DNA from: Candidatus Aegiribacteria sp.
GTDB lineage: Bacteria; Fermentibacterota; Fermentibacteria; Fermentibacterales; JCC-6
DNA length: 18,225 nt
Assembly (NCBI GenBank): GCA_046498225.1
Contig: JAWOBF010000098.1
Span: 1 to 18,225, forward strand
Direction: 5' to 3'
The translations under genes were made by a program, and so were the position numbers. The notes beneath the pieces were generated by a model that was given only the letters and a program-made list of their open reading frames with translations, was not told where the DNA came from and searched no databases. Shown piece by piece: positions 16,267 to 18,225 of this stretch (position 1 is the first letter of the stretch; each line of letters begins with the position of its first letter).

Positions 16267-16295
16267 TTCATAGAGGTTTTTTCTCTCTTTGTCAA
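16267..16295 (-). promoter_or_regulatory. Sigma70-type promoter for the LTD / MBL / PorV-like operon
   Basis: Minus strand: TTGACA (16295-16290), 17-nt spacer, TATGAA (16272-16267), in an AT-rich intergenic gap. Confidence 0.55.
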
Positions 16296-16312
16296 CTGCA
16301 CCGCGCCGGAGT

Positions 16313-18082
16313 TCAGGCCAGCCCGTAGACCACCGCGAGGCCTCCCACGGCTATCACCGCGCAGATGACCTTCAGGGGAAGTCCCGCCTTGAGGAAGTCG
16401 CCGAACCTGTATCCTCCCGGCCCGTAGACCATCAGGTTGGTCTGGTACCCGACCGGAGTGATGAAGTTCGCGGCGGCACCGTATGCCACGGCCAGGTAGA
16501 ACGGAGTCCCCTCGACCCCGATGGCCGCGGAGGCGGAAACCGCGAAAGGGAATACTATCGCGGCAGCTCCGGGGGCCGTTATGAAATCGGCCAGAAGGTT
16601 GGTGACAATGTAGACCGCCGCCAGAACACCCACCGCTCCCAGAGGTTCGAAAAGTCCCACAGCGGACCTCGAGAGAATTCCGCCCAGGCCGGAGCCGTCC
16701 ACCGCCCTTCCCAGGGCTATGGCGAAGGCGGCTATTATCAGCAGGTTCATGTTCAGGCTTCTCTTCAGCTCCGCGAGTGACACTATTCCGGACAGAAGGA
16801 ATACGGCCAGCAGGGTGATCAGGGATTTGAACAGAGGCACCAGGCCCAGTATGGAGAGCGTTATGCAGGCGAAGCCCGCCGACAGGATGAATACGGACTT
16901 CCTGAGGTTGATGTTGTGTATCTCCCTTATCATGGAGATGACGTACAGGTCGTCGGAAAGTTCCGCCCGCTTGCCGAAATCCGAGCCCGCCACCAGAAGC
17001 AGCAGGTCCCCGGACCTAAGGCTCATTTCGCCTATCTTCCCGGTCAGCCTTTCGCCCTTTCTGTGCACGGCGACTATGGCCGCGTTGTACCTTCCCCGGA
17101 AATCGGTATCCCGTACCCGCATGCCCCGCAGGATCGACCTTGGGGATACGACGGCCTCGATGACTTCCAGGTCTTCCCGGTCGGGAAGCTTGAACTCAGG
17201 GGTGGGTCTCAGGCCGGCGCATCCGGCCACCAGCTCCGCCACGGCGGAAGTAACCCCGGCAAGGACAAGTTCGTCACCGGGCTGAAGCCTTTCCTCCGGC
17301 GATACGGGAGTGACCGCCCCTCCCTCCCTTATTATCCTGACAAGGAAGAGTCCCCTCAGCTTCCTGAGCTGAGCCTCCTCAACCGTCTTGCCCACCAGGG
17401 GAGAACCGGGCTCGACTATCACGTCGGTAACGTACTCCCGTGGGCTCTCCGCGAAGCTCTCGGAGGGGTTCTTCCTGTCGGGAAGCAGCCGCCAGCCCAC
17501 GAGGAACATGTAGAGCAGCCCCCCGGCCAGAAGCATCAGCCCCACCGGAGTGAACTCGAGTATGGAGAGTTCCCTCCCGCCGCTTCCCACTACCAGGCTG
17601 TTGACTATCATGTTCGTGGACGTTCCTATCAGTGTCACCATTCCCCCTAGGATAGCCGCCCAGGAGAGGGGTATCAGCAGTTTCGACGGATGTATGTCAT
17701 GCTTCTTGCCCCAGTCGCTGACGAAGGGGATCATCATGGCCACTATGGGAGTATTGTTCATGAAGGCCGAGCTTCCGGCCACGAAGGGCATCATCTGGCC
17801 CATGAAGCCCATGTAGCGGCCTGAAATGGTGAACTTGCTCTCGAATATCCATTCCAGGAAACCGGTCTTCCTCATTATCTCGCTCAGCACTATGAGCATG
17901 AGCATCACCGCTATGGCGTCGTTGGCGAAACCGGAGAGAGCTTCCTCGGGGGTGAGCACTCCGGTCACCGCCAGGAATGCGGCCGCGGCGATGAACACCG
18001 AGGCTGCGGTGACCTTCCGGGAATACAGCAGTACAACCACCGCAAGCAGCACTGAGGCCACCAGGACCTGCTGGCCGGTCAT
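16313..18082 (-). CDS. SLC13/CitT-family anion permease with two TrkA-C (RCK_C) domains
   Basis: EALSGFAN, SAFMNNTPIVA, PSKLLIPLS, LGGMVTLIGTSTN, two TrkA-C repeats (SPLVGKTVEEAQLR and FRGRYNAAIVAVHRKG), FITPVGYQTNLMVYGPGGYRFGDF. The substrate cannot be determined from sequence. Confidence 0.93.
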   Translation of the reverse strand: MTGQQVLVASVLLAVVVLLYSRKVTAASVFIAAAAFLAVTGVLTPEEALSGFANDAIAVMLMLIVLSEIMRKTGFLEWIFESKFTISGRYMGFMGQMMPFVAGSSAFMNNTPIVAMMIPFVSDWGKKHDIHPSKLLIPLSWAAILGGMVTLIGTSTNMIVNSLVVGSGGRELSILEFTPVGLMLLAGGLLYMFLVGWRLLPDRKNPSESFAESPREYVTDVIVEPGSPLVGKTVEEAQLRKLRGLFLVRIIREGGAVTPVSPEERLQPGDELVLAGVTSAVAELVAGCAGLRPTPEFKLPDREDLEVIEAVVSPRSILRGMRVRDTDFRGRYNAAIVAVHRKGERLTGKIGEMSLRSGDLLLLVAGSDFGKRAELSDDLYVISMIREIHNINLRKSVFILSAGFACITLSILGLVPLFKSLITLLAVFLLSGIVSLAELKRSLNMNLLIIAAFAIALGRAVDGSGLGGILSRSAVGLFEPLGAVGVLAAVYIVTNLLADFITAPGAAAIVFPFAVSASAAIGVEGTPFYLAVAYGAAANFITPVGYQTNLMVYGPGGYRFGDFLKAGLPLKVICAVIAVGGLAVVYGLA

Positions 18083-18203
18083 CCGTTTCCCGTCCCGGCA
18101 TCGGCCGGTGCCGGTATTCCGATGAATGCAATGGGATTCAAAAGCCTTCTCCGCACAGAGTAATCCTTTCCGATTTCGTCAGGTGGAGAAACATAATATA
18201 TGA

Positions 18204-18225
18204 AAGGAGCAATGACTCCTTCCGC
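18204..18225 (+). other. Possible start of a divergent gene running off the window (RBS plus ATG 18212)
   Basis: AAGGAG at 18204-18209 is followed by ATG ACT CCT TCC, downstream of an AT-rich CATAAT element. The RBS spacing is short and only 4 codons are visible. Confidence 0.25.

Noticed and set aside
18204..18221. AAGGAG/CTCCTT hairpin sequestering a putative RBS
   Set aside because: It lies at the window edge, so the downstream gene cannot be verified.

Overview
GC-rich bacterial chromosomal window with 12 supportable CDSs. No RNA genes, CRISPR array or mobile element were seen. Left part: the 3' end of uvrA, a 1134-aa helical-repeat/GAF-like protein with a degenerate GGDEF domain, an archaeal-type (type 2) valyl-tRNA synthetase and a DUF5343-like protein. 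The most notable part is 6984-16207, a cluster of mostly exported proteins with nucleic-acid-related domains. It contains an OB-fold-repeat lipoprotein, a truncated RecJ-like DHH nuclease, a predicted outer-membrane barrel fused to a ComEA-type helix-hairpin-helix domain, a second predicted barrel, a ComEB/dCMP deaminase, a PorV-like barrel, a secreted ComEC-type metallo-beta-lactamase-fold (MBL) hydrolase with a FlgD/T9SS-like C-terminal domain, and a lamin-tail-domain protein. I infer that this may be an extracellular DNA capture, uptake or scavenging system. An SLC13/TrkA-C permease closes the window. The sorting-signal style suggests a non-Bacteroidota FCB lineage such as Fermentibacterota, which is inference only. 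All family calls come from motif recognition by eye, and no database search was run.
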